Source: Microthyrium microscopicum (lineage: Eukaryota). From it: a stretch of 64,000 bases of DNA. Below the pieces are notes generated by a model that made no database searches, was not told where the DNA came from, and worked only from the letters and a program-made list of their open reading frames with translations. The stretch is taken from contig MU004245.1 in NCBI GenBank assembly GCA_010405405.1, forward strand, positions 437,256-501,255. The letters are read 5' to 3'. The position numbers and the translations under genes are program-made. Below are positions 23,826 through 35,901 of the stretch, one piece after another; within the stretch, counting starts at the first letter, position 1, and each line of letters starts with the position of its first letter.

Positions 23826-24922
23826 ATGGCAGCAGCCTTTGGAAAACTTTTCTATCGCCAGTAAGTCTACTATATCTGCTACTGACTCTGCATCAAATAC
23901 TGACCCTTCCAGACTCACAGTAAAAGCCCCCGACTCATTCCCACAAGTCCCAGGCAAAACCTACATCATCACAGGCGCAAACTCCGGCCTAGGTCTGGAA
24001 GCCGCCCGTACACTCTCCCGCCTCAACGCAGCCAAACTCATCCTCGGCGTGCGAACCATCTCCAAAGGCGAAGAAGCCAAACAATCAATCCTAGCCTCCA
24101 CGAAGCGCGATGCCTCCACCATCGAAGTCTGGCCACTCGACCTCAACAGCTACAGCAGTGTCATCGAATTCGCCCAACGCTGCGAAACTCTTGACCGTAT
24201 TGACGGCGTCCTCGAGAACGCCGGCGTAGATCTCAAGAAATTTGAAAAGTCCGCAGACAGTGGCGATGAACTCACTATCAAAACCAACGTCCTAAGCACA
24301 GTACTCCTAGGAATCCTCCTCCTCCCCAAGCTCCGCGATGTCAGTCTACGCTATGGCATAGTACCGATTCTGAGTATGGTGAGCAGCCAAGTACACGCCA
24401 TGGTCAAGTTTCCCGAAGCCAAGGATCCAAATATCTTCGACACGCTCAACGACGAGAAGAAGACTAAGATGAGCGAGCGCTACTTTCTCAGTAAACTAGT
24501 ACTCATGTTTGCGTTCCGCGAAATGAGCGATAAGATGACGGCGTCTGGCAAGAAGGGCAAGGTGATCTTCAACAATGTGGCGCCAGGGCTTTGTTACTCG
24601 GGTTTACATCGCAACAATCCGGATATAGAGGCTGGACCACAGGCGTTGATGATGAAGACTATTGCGAGGAGTACGGTGGATGGGTCGGCTTTTGTGTTGC
24701 CGGCTTTGTTTGTGGGTGAGGATGGGCATGGGAAGTATATCAATGATGGGAAGGCTGAAGAGTAAGTTGTTGTCTACACGGGTCAGAGATCAAGTGCTAA
24801 TACTGGACAGACCATCGTCTTATGTGAGGAGTAAGTGTGGGCAGGAAGCGCAGAAGAAGGTTTGGAAGGAGATCATGCAGAAGCTGGAGGCTGTGAGTCC
24901 TGGAGTTGAGAGATTGATTTGA
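23826..24922 (+). CDS. Short-chain dehydrogenase/reductase, 3 exons
   Basis: ATG 23826 MAAAFGKLFYRQ, intron 23861-23912, then IITGANSGLG, VLENAGV, catalytic YFLSK and NNVAPGLCYS. Final exon PSSYVRSKCGQEAQKKVWKEI. Confidence 0.92.
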
Positions 24923-25819
24923 TTTTTCGATATGGAGGGACTTGTTTTCACGAGTCTGTTTGCAACAGCGACGTATGATCAGTTGGGCATCAGGGGATAG
25001 GTAGATGGCGTCGATGGTTTCTTCAATGAGAGTAGTAATGTAATATCGGTTGCCTCGAGTACTGCCAGCGCTTCTCTTTACAAAACAGGATTGAGGAGGA
25101 AGTTGTTGAAATTAAGAGAGGGAGTAGAAATTGAGGACGGGAGCTAGACTTGATTGGGTGGCTGCTGCCCTGTGCAACCAAAGATTGAAGATCATCGCAA
25201 GGCTGGGCTGATCCTTGGCTTCCACGAGGCGTTGTTTCCTGCCTTTTTCCTCGTGAAGTTCCAGCCCCGCCAATATCAAGTCCAAGTTTAAAGTGCATTT
25301 TGCCATGTTTATTGTTATTGACAACGGGAACTTGCATTGATCTTCCATTAAATCCAAGGGTTCTTACATCTGCATATAGTTCGCCAGCTTCCGTAGCCTG
25401 CTATTCTATGCTTGACCAACGTGCTCGTACCCTGCAGCTTTTCGTGCAGCTTGCAGAACCAACTTTTTGACCGGCGTGAAACCCACATCCCCACGTTCTC
25501 TAGCGAAAGCCAGCCTGGGCAAGCCCAACGCTACAATCAACCTGTTGATCCAGCGACCCAGCCTCTCCTCCAAACGTCATCTATCACTCCAATCCATCCA
25601 GCCCAATTGCTCTTCTTCCACTCCATCCCATCTCCCTCTCTCAACCTCCTCACTCTCCCTCCTCCCTGCTCCCGTACTTCAGTCTTCCTCCTTCAACCTG
25701 GTATCTCCTAACCACCAGCTCTCTCTCGCTCAACATCCCCGCTCTCTAAAGAACAAGAACAATCTCAATCCCTCTCCAAGACCAACCACCATCATCAAGA
25801 TCACATCGCAACCGCAACC

Positions 25820-26514
25820 ATGCTTCCCGGCATATTCTTCACCACCTGGCGTCTCTTCGAAATCGTCACCTTAATCCCTATCCTGGGCATGCTCTCCTGG
25901 TTCGTCCACGGCTACACAGTCAGCAACCAGCTCACACCAACCACAATCCTCGTCCTCTTCATCGTTTCCGTCCTCGCAGCCTTCTGGGCCATCGCCACCC
26001 TTATCGCCTACGGAGCCACAAAGTACAACGCCCACTTCTGCGCATTCGTCGACCTGCTCTTCGTCGGCGCATTGATCGCCGGTGTCTACTACCTACGAGG
26101 AATCGCACATGAAAACTGTTCGAATTGGTCAAAGACTGGAAATGATCAGTTTGCACTAGGTCTAGGCATTTTTGGCGATGTCACTGTGTCAGGAGTGAAT
26201 ACCTACTCGTTGAATCTGAATAAGAATTGCGCGATGCTGAAGGCTAGTTTCGCGTTGGGGATCATGAACATCATTTTCTTTTTCGTGACTTTTGTAAGTT
26301 CTACTACCCCATTGAGTACTCGGCAATTTGCTAACTATGATTTTTTAAGCTACTTTTGCTATGGGTTCATCGCGAACATGGCTCCATGGTATACTCTTCT
26401 TCGCGCAGTAGAACGACTTCTCGCCGTCGATCTCATAGTCCTCGACACCATGGGTCTAGCCCTCGTCGTTCGCATCACAGCCAGACGTATTCTTCGCGCA
26501 GAACATATGTGTAG
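25820..26514 (+). CDS. MARVEL-like (membrane-associating domain) four-TM protein, 2 exons
   Basis: FTTWRLFEIVTLIPILGMLSWFV, VDLLFVGALIAGV and NKNCAMLKASFALGIMN. Intron from GTAAGT at 26294 to about 26349, then a Ser/Arg/His-rich tail ending at TAG 26514. Confidence 0.8.
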
Positions 26515-27093
26515 ACGAGCTGCGATAACCATAGGAAAAGATGGGAATGGAAAAGGGTTATATATTGGGAATGATTTTGCACGTGTTAAGGTGTGTCTGA
26601 AGCGGAGCGTTGCTGTTTATTGGGAATGGTCTGAAGCGCAACTAAGCTGTGGTTAACGACTGGATACCTTTGGATTTCTTGTTCATTTGCTCTATATTCT
26701 ATTGTTTATTAGCTTAACTGTTGGCCTCTAATGCCACAATGCTATGAAGTCACGAAACTCTGGTTTGACGTCAAGATTCGATGTCATATACATTGTTTAG
26801 TTGTATTCGCTAAGATACTTTGGCTCATGATGTCTCGCTATAAGCGGTGACTCTCCCACAAAATAATTCAGGCTTGTAATCTCGTGCCCCATATCACTGT
26901 AAAACAGACTAAATATGCTCCTTTTGGCGAGGTCGCTCCTCTCTTGCCCATGAATGAAAACTAACTATGAGTACAAGCCCTGCAGGGTAAAAGTCGCGAT
27001 TGGTAAATATGCTATCGGCGACAAGCGAGGTGGTAGTGGCCGAATGATGTGAATATAAAGACCACTGTGAGACTATATTTTCCCATACCTTTC

Positions 27094-27722
27094 TCACTCT
27101 TCGCGGGGCGGCAGACCATACGTGCCATTGATCTTGAACGTATTTTCATCCGCATTCCAGTGGACATTGACGTGCTCTCCAGTAGCCACTAGGCTACCAT
27201 AACGGATCTGATATGATGTTAGTAAGACTCATGCAAGACGGTGCCACACTTACGCTTGCAGAGAGCTCTCCAACTGTACCCTCGAAATCCTCAATTGAAA
27301 CCTTCTTGGTCTTCCAAGCCTTAGCTCCTTTGTCGATCTGAATCATTCGATAGAACACTTCTTCATTGGCTACCGAGCCACTGAAGCTGAAGCGGGCCTT
27401 TCCGGTTCGGCAACTATTGGTCCATTTCATTTGTTTGCAAATCTCTCGGTTGATCGTGCCACGCAAGCTGCGTGCCTTGGTCACGACTTCATCTTGGCTC
27501 ATGGGGCGCCGTGCTGGAGGTAGAGCAGCCATCTGCTTCTCCAGAGCTAATGCGTGCTCAGCGAGCTCATCGTGGGTCATGGTTTTCAGTTTAGCAAGAC
27601 TATCCTCTGCAGTCTTGGCTTTTTTGCTCGATGAACTGCCTTGAGGGGCCGTAGGGTCAGACTTGCCTGCGATGTATTAGTGACGTTAAGAAGTGATGAT
27701 TGTATGCATTACGTTTTGTCAT
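27094..27722 (-). CDS. Hypothetical protein, 3 exons
   Basis: MTK|RKSDPTAPQGSSSSKKAK.. joins the MTHDELAEHAL ORF. A second GTAAGT..CTAAC..CAG intron joins ASIRYGSLVATGEHVNVHWN..GTYGLPPREE*. Confidence 0.75.
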
Positions 27723-28870
27723 GGTTGCGTTTCGGAACAGCGTGAGATCTGGACGGGTTGAGATCTCAAGAAAAGCTCAGTTAGGGACCGAGCGAACGAC
27801 AGAAAACTGGACGAGACTGATGGAGGATAGTGAGAGTAGCAGTTGAGAAAGAAGAGGAGAGAGAAGAGATGAAGTTGGGAGATAGCTGAGGATGCAATCA
27901 GTCGATCGGTCGTACCTTCCTTCAAAACGCTGAAGACCACATTCGGAAGGTACGAACCATCCAACCCAGCAGAGACAGTAGAGGCATTACTACACTTGCT
28001 AACTTTCGCCCAAGAAACATTTTGATAGCAGCATCTCTTAACTGTCATTCCGGGTGAAAAGAAAGAGCCTGGTATGTCAAAAGAATCTCAACTTCAGGTA
28101 GCCATCAGGCTGACAAGCGAACTGATTGGTTGGCTATTTTGCCCGCCAAGAATAGACAAGCTTTTGTCGGCGGACTTGGCAGACAGGAACGACAGGGAGA
28201 ACATCTGACATTTCTCAACACCATGATCCTGCTATCACGATGCATTTGTCCTCTCTGACAAAGAAGATTCCTTTTGATTAAGGGACTTTGTTCCAAGCCC
28301 AATCGGATAGCAAACGCATAAATATCACGCTCCTCAAACTTGGAGACAGCCAGGCTCAACCTGTTACCACTCAGATGACTGACCAATGATGTAAGACCAG
28401 AGACACTCCAGCATCGGAAGACAGGGTTCAAACCTCGTCCCTATGACGCCAATGCAGCTCCCCACTTCACTGCCCCGTCTCAATTGCGTTATCTTGTAAC
28501 AAATGGACGCGTTCAAGCTCCATAAAGTCCAGACAAAACGTAGCTCATCATGCTTATCTATACCTCATTCATCTTAGGCCTTCGCGTTTCTCCTTGACCA
28601 TAGCCCGATCAGGTAAGATGCGGGTATGTCCACACCAACTAGTAAGGCTTGACAAGGCACGACGACGAAACAAATTACCGCCAGGGTCTGATTATGCCCC
28701 CATCCGATCAAGGTCCTTGCGGCATTTAGGCATACTGCTTTTAACAGCTTGTGATTCTGGATAAATACCCCTCCTTCTGCCCCTCTTTTCCAATTGTCAA
28801 ATTCTCTTCCTCTCAACCATCAAACCACTTACACTTACCACTATACCAAAGTTCTATCAATCTCGCAATC

Positions 28871-29441
28871 ATGTTCGGCTGGGGTAAGCTAACACTCCCT
28901 TCTCCACGTGTACCTCGCGTTCTCCAGCTTCACGTGGCTTGAGTTCGTACCTAACCGCCTTCCAGACGAATCCAAAGATAGCTATGACCAAGTCAACAAC
29001 AGCGATCAAGACACTGCCAGCTTCGGCCATGAAGCTCTCGCCGGTGCTGCTGGCTTCGGAGCCATGAAGGTCTTCGAAGACCAGCAACGCAAGAAGGGTA
29101 TGCTTCTTACCCCTTTGGAAACTCCAAATCTATACTGACAATGACTGCTAGGTGAGCCCGTCAAGCACCAGTTCGCCAAGGAGCTCCTCGCTGGCTTCGC
29201 TACCGCTGAGGTTGACAAGCTTGCTGAGACCAAGGGCGAGGACTGGTACCGCGAGCATGGCGAGAAGACCAAAGAGAGAGCTACTGAACAGGCCAACCAT
29301 CTTTATGACCAGCACTACGGCAATGGCAACGACTATGACCCGTGAGTACAAGAATCGTTGCTTCTAGAAAAGACACTAACAGCTTTCAGCAATTCTCAGG
29401 GCCCACCACAGCACTTCAACGGCTATGACAACAACTACTAA
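28871..29441 (+). CDS. cipC: CipC-like protein (concanamycin-induced protein C family), 4 exons
   Basis: MFGW|DESKDSYDQV..SFGHEALAGAAGFGAMKVFEDQQRKKG|EPVKHQFAKELLAGFATAEVDKLAETKG..LYDQHYG..YDP, with three short GT-AG introns. Confidence 0.9.
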
Positions 29442-29682
29442 AGTTGTTCGTCACCTGCCCCTTTGCCGCTCAAGTAGCTTGAATTGAAAGTGTGCGAGGG
29501 AAAGAATGTCGTCGGTCCACAAAAGCGTGTAGCTAGAGCAGTTATGCAGTCATCGAATGTATATTGATGTCTCTGTTCACCCATTGAACTAGAATGCTTT
29601 ATCATAAGATAATCTTGTGAAAGTTTTTCGGCATCATACTCTGTTGCTACAATCGTGACGCCCGGGCTCTCGAGGGATAGAA

Positions 29683-29861
29683 AAAGTGAGCCGTTTGGAT
29701 GAAGTCCCCATCGGTTACGATGGCTGCCATAATACTTCCTAAACAGTGACTGCTTTAATTACCAACATATTCGATAATTTGATATAAGTGTTACGACGCT
29801 GATGGGAAGTAAACCAATCACAATTGTAATCGATGGGATGGTCGTCGGAACGGCTCACTTT
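29683..29861 (+). other. Long imperfect inverted repeat / fold-back hairpin (candidate ncRNA precursor or MITE relic)
   Basis: 29683-29721 pairs ungapped with 29823-29861: 30 Watson-Crick pairs, 4 G-U pairs and 5 mismatches over 39 positions. An inner TACTTCC/GGAAGTA stem is also present. Confidence 0.8.
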
Positions 29862-30458
29862 CTTAGTCAGGCTTCAATATTCTGGATCTGAAATGATGCC
29901 ATAGACCGGTCATCTCATGGCAGTGCCAATGGATTCCCCTTGTCTACAGTCCGTGTACCAGCCAGAACCTTCACGACGATTCCCTTTCCATTGACGGCCC
30001 ACCGTAGTATCACTATCCAATTGTTTCATCCTCAGCTTAACCGCTGTTTTGACAAGGAGTTTCACCAATCTGTTTCCACACGTCATCTGTAGCTCGATCG
30101 TTGGGGGCACAGCAGCCTCTGATTGGGTAGAAGCTATGGCTGCGCCACGCAGGCTGAACAGGGGATGTGTTTCAGCCTTGTCGCGTGTAAACACAGCCTT
30201 GCTGAACCGCCGGCCAAGAATTGAGGCAGATGGGAAAAGGAGAAGCCTGATCGATTGAATAGATTGAATAAAGTGTCTGGAATTCCTTGTAAATGGAGAA
30301 GAGGAGTTCAAAAAGTTTTTCGTTTTTAATATTTGCCGCTACGTTGATCGTAGATTTCTCTTCTTGTTCGATTTTCATTCGTTTCCAGACTGTGTGAATA
30401 CCAGAGATAAACCTTACCTCCGTCTAATTTGTCAAACAATACGAATTTCCAGCACAAG

Positions 30459-31060
30459 ATGGAAACGACACCTATCTACCCATGCTTCCACTTCCATTCC
30501 ATCAACACCCCAGCATCATCAGACACTCGTGCCAGCACACCAAGATATCTTCCACGCCTCAAAACATCCCTCCAAAATCTAAATGACCCGCACGCTATAA
30601 ACCTATCTGGAACTACCGCTGCTACGAATTCATCCTTTTGGCCGTCACCCAGCGACCTACCAGCCGGTCCTCTCAAATTCATACACGAACCAACGAGCTT
30701 GCATAGGCCAAGGTACCGACTCCGTTGACGCCAGTGAACCATAAGCCCTCAGGGAGCCTTCTGCATAGACCTCTTTTATTTGGAGAGATCCGAGATCGTC
30801 GACCAGCACAATTGACGCCGCCGCTGAGCGCAAGGACGGCAGCACTGGTGGCTGTAGCGGTGCAGCAGAGTAGTCGGGCAGTGAGTGCTGCGTTGGAGAA
30901 GATTTTGGCACAAAGAGGGCAATTGCCAGCGATCGTGATTGTCAATGCAGGACCAGCGTTGCCGTTTTTGAGGATATGGACGATAGGATTGCTTGGGATA
31001 TTGGTTGTCATTTGTGCTGTTGTTTGCCAGTTTGTTGGAACCGAGTTGTGGTTAAGGTGA
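30459..31060 (+). CDS. Possible hypothetical protein with a C-terminal TM helix, 2 exons
   Basis: METTPIYPCF.. ORF and a downstream ORF ending IWTIGLLGILVVICAVVCQFVG can be joined by a putative GTACCG..TAG intron at about 30713-30768. No family recognised. Confidence 0.4.
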
Positions 31061-32059
31061 TGATATGGAGAGCGGGTTTGTATTTAGCTTGGGTTGATTT
31101 AATGGATTAATATAAAGAGTAATGTTTATGCCAACATAGAAGGAAAAATAATCTGAAATTCTGTTATTGATTGAACTATAATATATACCCAATTTTGTGA
31201 CATCACATACCGCCATTCAAGAGTTCCGGTCAGGCTTAGGCATTGTTCCGTACTCCTCAACTGAGCGCCATTGTCAATATATCCAAATGTGCACACCCAA
31301 CAGGCACATACTGACCTGTCTCCGGCCCTGGAGTCTATACCGCAACGTACGTCGATACGTGTTGCTCAACAGAGGCTTCGACATATTGATTTATAGAGTC
31401 AGCACTCCATATCGAAATTTCAAACAAGCTGATGGCGCTCTGTAGAGCTCATGTCGATTGACGGCGCGTAAGATGGTCCCTTCCCCAGAATGTTAGAACG
31501 ATGTTCGTATTCGGACTAAGACAGGTGAATGTTTCAAGTTCTTGGGAGACCGTGACTATTGCTGTCACTCGCCTCAACCTCGACCTCAATGACATATTAA
31601 CTGCGAAAAGGTTATAGCTTTCTCCTTGCCACCTCTAGAAGCAGCACTGGCGGTGACGGAGGTCTTTCCGTGACAACCTCTGAGCTCGACCTGGCGCCTC
31701 AGTGAAGGTTCCGCTAACGTTCCTTCTTTCGTTCATTCGGAAATCATAAACTATATGTCGACCTTTCGACATTCTCACCTCCGATTCACCAGAACTGCTC
31801 TGTCGCTCAACATAAGATTCGAATGAATATTCACTCAAATAGCGCTAATCACAAGTGACAAGCACAAGGACTGGCGAACATGAACCGTACAAAACCTCAC
31901 AACGTCCTTCTTTGCCTAATTTCATCCTCCTCAGAACATTACGCTGCATCCTTCGGCTTTACTCTTTGTCAAAAAGACCCCATTTCACTTTTCCAAACTT
32001 AAAATCGCTCAACTCGCATTTCTTCACACATCGATACTGAAGCTCTTCCATCACTTGTA

Positions 32060-33241
32060 ATGGCTCAATTCGATTCCAAGAGCTTGAAGCCGGCTCTTCA
32101 ACACTGTCAATCCTCTCCAGGCAATCATGAGCCTCACAATAACACGAAAGCTAGCGTGCCCTCAACAAAGCCATACCTGCAAAGCATTATTCCAGCTGAA
32201 ATTCGAGCAATCATCTTCAGATATCTCCTCGTCTCATCACTCAACCTTCCTCATTCTTTGCTTTGGGTAGGTTGCGACCGCGAAAACATCACATTTTCTG
32301 CGGAGCAAGGGTTTCGCTTGAAAGTATCGGCCAAGAAAAAGACATCCTCTTCGAAAACCAATGAGCGTCGAAAGCTGTATCCGGATATCCTGGCTACCTG
32401 CTCGTTATTCTACAATGAGGGTAGCCCGATATTATATAGCCAGAACGCATTCGTAATGAGAGAGGATATAGCCCGCAGTTGGCGATTTCAATCAGCTATA
32501 ACTTTAGCAGATATCACGCACCTGGTCTTCAAACAATCATTGTATGCCTGCCTGTTCCTCGAAGCAGAAACCTTGAGCATGGGAAAACAATTTCCTGCTC
32601 TGAAGACCGTAACCTTTATGGCGGATTCGAGCATAGTGTATCCACCACCAAGTCCCACCTTGGGACAAACACGACATCAGATAGCGCGGGTGGTCTCGAG
32701 TGGCGGATGTGAGCGACGAGCAAGCGAAAAATGGCGGTATGCCTTCCAGCAGTTTCGAGAGCGACAGCCACCGCTAAAGAGACTGGAGTTCCGGTTGGAG
32801 CGCTTTCAAGATGTGCTACCTTTGATGGACGAGGAGGATGATGCGGAGGAGCCTCAGGTTGAAATGGAGTACTTGTTTCCTCACCTCAACGTCTCGTCTG
32901 CCCAGTCGATGACCGAAGACGACCCTGACGTGGAATCTGTCGCTGCGACCATCGCAAAACTCGAAATTGCAAAGAAAGTACCCACGTACACTTCTCACCC
33001 GTTAGCCCGGTATCGTATTCCTCTTCAGTTCGACGAACACCGCAAGATAAAGGCGTTGGCACACATCTGGCTTGGCGAACCCCATACTGATGGCATAGAA
33101 TGGCGATTTGAGACACATACATCCTGGGCTGGGCACCCTCGATTGCGTGTGCATATGATAGCTTCGGCAAAACCTTCGGCAACGATACTTTGCGAGGTGA
33201 CTGGCGCATGGGGACACATGTCCCGGGTTGAAGAGTTGTAG
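32060..33241 (+). CDS. F-box-like fungal hypothetical protein (tandem paralog 1)
   Basis: Intronless 393-aa ORF with YLQSIIPAEIRAIIFRYLLVS and LYPDILATCSLFYNEG..LYSQNAF, ending TILCEVTGAWGHMSRVEEL. Confidence 0.85.
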   Translation: MAQFDSKSLKPALQHCQSSPGNHEPHNNTKASVPSTKPYLQSIIPAEIRAIIFRYLLVSSLNLPHSLLWVGCDRENITFSAEQGFRLKVSAKKKTSSSKTNERRKLYPDILATCSLFYNEGSPILYSQNAFVMREDIARSWRFQSAITLADITHLVFKQSLYACLFLEAETLSMGKQFPALKTVTFMADSSIVYPPPSPTLGQTRHQIARVVSSGGCERRASEKWRYAFQQFRERQPPLKRLEFRLERFQDVLPLMDEEDDAEEPQVEMEYLFPHLNVSSAQSMTEDDPDVESVAATIAKLEIAKKVPTYTSHPLARYRIPLQFDEHRKIKALAHIWLGEPHTDGIEWRFETHTSWAGHPRLRVHMIASAKPSATILCEVTGAWGHMSRVEEL

Positions 33242-33877
33242 CTTGTTGGTAGCTACGACTGCTTGACAAAAGGTCACGTTGGAAGCTGAGCGAAAAGCCT
33301 GTCATGATGGCATGAAGATAAAGCATAGGTAAGTAAGGTAGCTAATATACATAAATCGGTAGTTACCAAGCTGAATGGACAGTCTGACAATTATGCTTCG
33401 AGATCAAAATCAACTTTTCTTCAGGAGTCTTTGAATCGGTTGCGATACCTGTCGATAGCTTTCATAGCCCAAAGGATGTTAGTGATATACAGGAGGTAAT
33501 GGTCCTTTATAAGCTCTAGCTTTTCTCATGATAGGCGAGTTGGCGTAATGCTACCTCTAAGCTCGAGTTCTTAAATTTCACCAATGGCATTCTCACCTCA
33601 ACAGGCTGACCATTTCGCAATATTTACTTCGCCGCCTTATCAAATATTAGCTGTCAGTGACAACTACCTCTTGAAACTTTCATCGTCTATTTCATGTCTT
33701 CTCGCGCCCTCCCCTCACTTGACTTTCTTAACTGCAAAGTCCAACAAACCTCCTCGATTCTAGCCCACAGCCACCGGCTCAACGGGTACTCTACATTTCT
33801 ACAACACTGCTCTACTCCCTGCCACCAAACGTGGGAAACGCGCTGATTCTTTCACTACGATATAGCAGAACGTTCGT

Positions 33878-34990
33878 TTGCCCGCGATGATTCCAAGCAG
33901 CGCTAAACGAGCCAAACCGTCCATACAGGCCAACAATACATCGGAAAAAGCGGAGATGACCATGAGCAGCTCTGTCAACCGCGTTACCATGAGCAGCGCA
34001 AAACTCGAACTGGCAACAAAGCGATCATATCTACGGCACATAATCCCAGCAGAGATCCGCCAAATGATTTTCAGTTACCTTCTTGTCTCCTCCCCCGATC
34101 ACCCACAATGCCTAATACTCGATACAACGGAATACGAGCCTTCTCGTAAACCTTCTTTTCGACTAGAGTCAAATGCCCAGAGCGAGTTTGATCTCAAAGG
34201 GAATGGGCAGCTGTACCCAGAAATACTAGCCACGTGCTCCTTGTTCTATAAGGAAGGCATCTCCATGCTGTATTGCCAGAACGCCTTCATGGCAAAGGCA
34301 CCTGCAGACTTTGATGATTACCCCATCAGTCCACAGCAGACTAAATTTCTATGCGATATCACGCATATTGTCTTTGACTGCCCGACGGTGGCGGAGCATT
34401 TCGCTCGCAAGCCACAATGTATAGAGCTAAATAATGCCTTGCCTGCTCTTCAAACCGTGATCTGCATAGCGGAAGCGTTCGACACACTAGAGCGGCCGGA
34501 TGGGATTACCGATTCTGAAACGTGGCGAGAATCTTTTGACGCATTTCGCAAACGACAGCCATTACTCAAAAGACTGGAGCTTCGACTCCAGCAACCGCAA
34601 GATGAGTTTCAAGACCACAACTCAGAGTACTACTTCCACCCGCACTACGAAAATTGGCTTGGTCAGTCGCAGCTCGAACCACCACATAAGGATCCTTCCC
34701 TGAGTACAAATTCCAACAGGGCAGGTGACCACGGTAGATATGCATATCATCCTGAATCCAAGCACCGTCTTCCTTTAAATTTCGACGAACACCGCCGACG
34801 GATGGCTTTGGCATGCACGTGGCTTCGCAACGATATCGCTGACTTAGAGTGGCGTTTTCAAACATTCGCATCCAAGAAAGCGCTGCCTCGAGTGTTCGTG
34901 CACGCAATAGTGAAGCAAAAGCCTTCGACAACAATATTGTGCGAAGTTGTTGGCCAGTGGGGCCACATGTCACGAGTGGAAGAGCTTTAG
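33878..34990 (+). CDS. F-box-like fungal hypothetical protein (tandem paralog 2)
   Basis: Intronless ORF with YLRHIIPAEIRQMIFSYLLVS and LYPEILATCSLFYKEG..LYCQNAF, ending TILCEVVGQWGHMSRVEEL. The true ATG is uncertain; several candidates lie between 33887 and 33990. Confidence 0.85.
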   Translation: MPAMIPSSAKRAKPSIQANNTSEKAEMTMSSSVNRVTMSSAKLELATKRSYLRHIIPAEIRQMIFSYLLVSSPDHPQCLILDTTEYEPSRKPSFRLESNAQSEFDLKGNGQLYPEILATCSLFYKEGISMLYCQNAFMAKAPADFDDYPISPQQTKFLCDITHIVFDCPTVAEHFARKPQCIELNNALPALQTVICIAEAFDTLERPDGITDSETWRESFDAFRKRQPLLKRLELRLQQPQDEFQDHNSEYYFHPHYENWLGQSQLEPPHKDPSLSTNSNRAGDHGRYAYHPESKHRLPLNFDEHRRRMALACTWLRNDIADLEWRFQTFASKKALPRVFVHAIVKQKPSTTILCEVVGQWGHMSRVEEL

Positions 34991-35901
34991 CTGGCTGTAG
35001 GTAGACTTGGAATGATGACAGGATGGGACGGTCTTACTGGAACAAGCTCTGAGACATGGAGAAAAGTAAAAAACGAGCAGCAGTGGATACGATGTTAAGA
35101 GTGAATGTTTCAACGAAGCTGAAGAAAGGCGCTGGGTAGATGCTCACGGCGCCTTCTTTGTAGCGATAACATGCCTGTTGAATTCCAATAAACAGATGAT
35201 CAAGTCAGCGTTCTCCAGTCTGCGGTAGCGTAGTGATATATTGACCTAGCGCAATGGAGTTAATTTAAAGAAGAAGTTCAAGGAGGACAGTTTCCCTCGT
35301 CAACTATAAAGATACACGAGCTAGATACATCTAATATAGCGAAGCACAGGGCTATGGTTTATGAATGCTCTGTGCTTGTGCTCTCAGGTACCAAACCGGG
35401 GAAGGGAAGCTAGGTATACCTGTATGTTTATATTACATTTGACCGTATTAGTCTAGATAGCAACACCGAGTTCAATAACAACAACAGGAAAAGTTACGGC
35501 GCGCGCGTTCCTAGGATTATTTTTCCCATCACTGGACTAGTGCAAAATGTGTTTCAGTCTAAAGTTCACGAGGAGCTTGTAACGCTTGACGCTGCACAGA
35601 ATCTTCAAGATTCAACCATAAATACTAGCCTTCATCAACTGGAGCCGAGAATTTGAAGGATTCTAGAATCTAGGTGGTCTCAATCAATATATACAAGTAG
35701 CCCCATCGCTCAACAGCCTAGTACCGTTACGTACCGAGCCTCTTATACCGAAATGAAGGCTTATTATTTGTACGACATCCTAGATGTTCAAAAAGCTCCA
35801 TTAGGTCCTCGAAAAACACAACGCTCTATTTCACCGATTATCCAGTCTTCATTGTATCTGAACATACTTGTCCTTTAGCCATTCGTTTTGTATAACTCAT
35901 A

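Noticed and set aside
35122..35158. GC-rich hairpin AAGGCGC..GCGCCTT downstream of the second F-box-like gene as a Helitron 3' end or terminator
   Set aside because: No CTRR terminus at the expected distance, no helicase remnant and a single occurrence. Intrinsic terminators do not apply to fungal Pol II genes.
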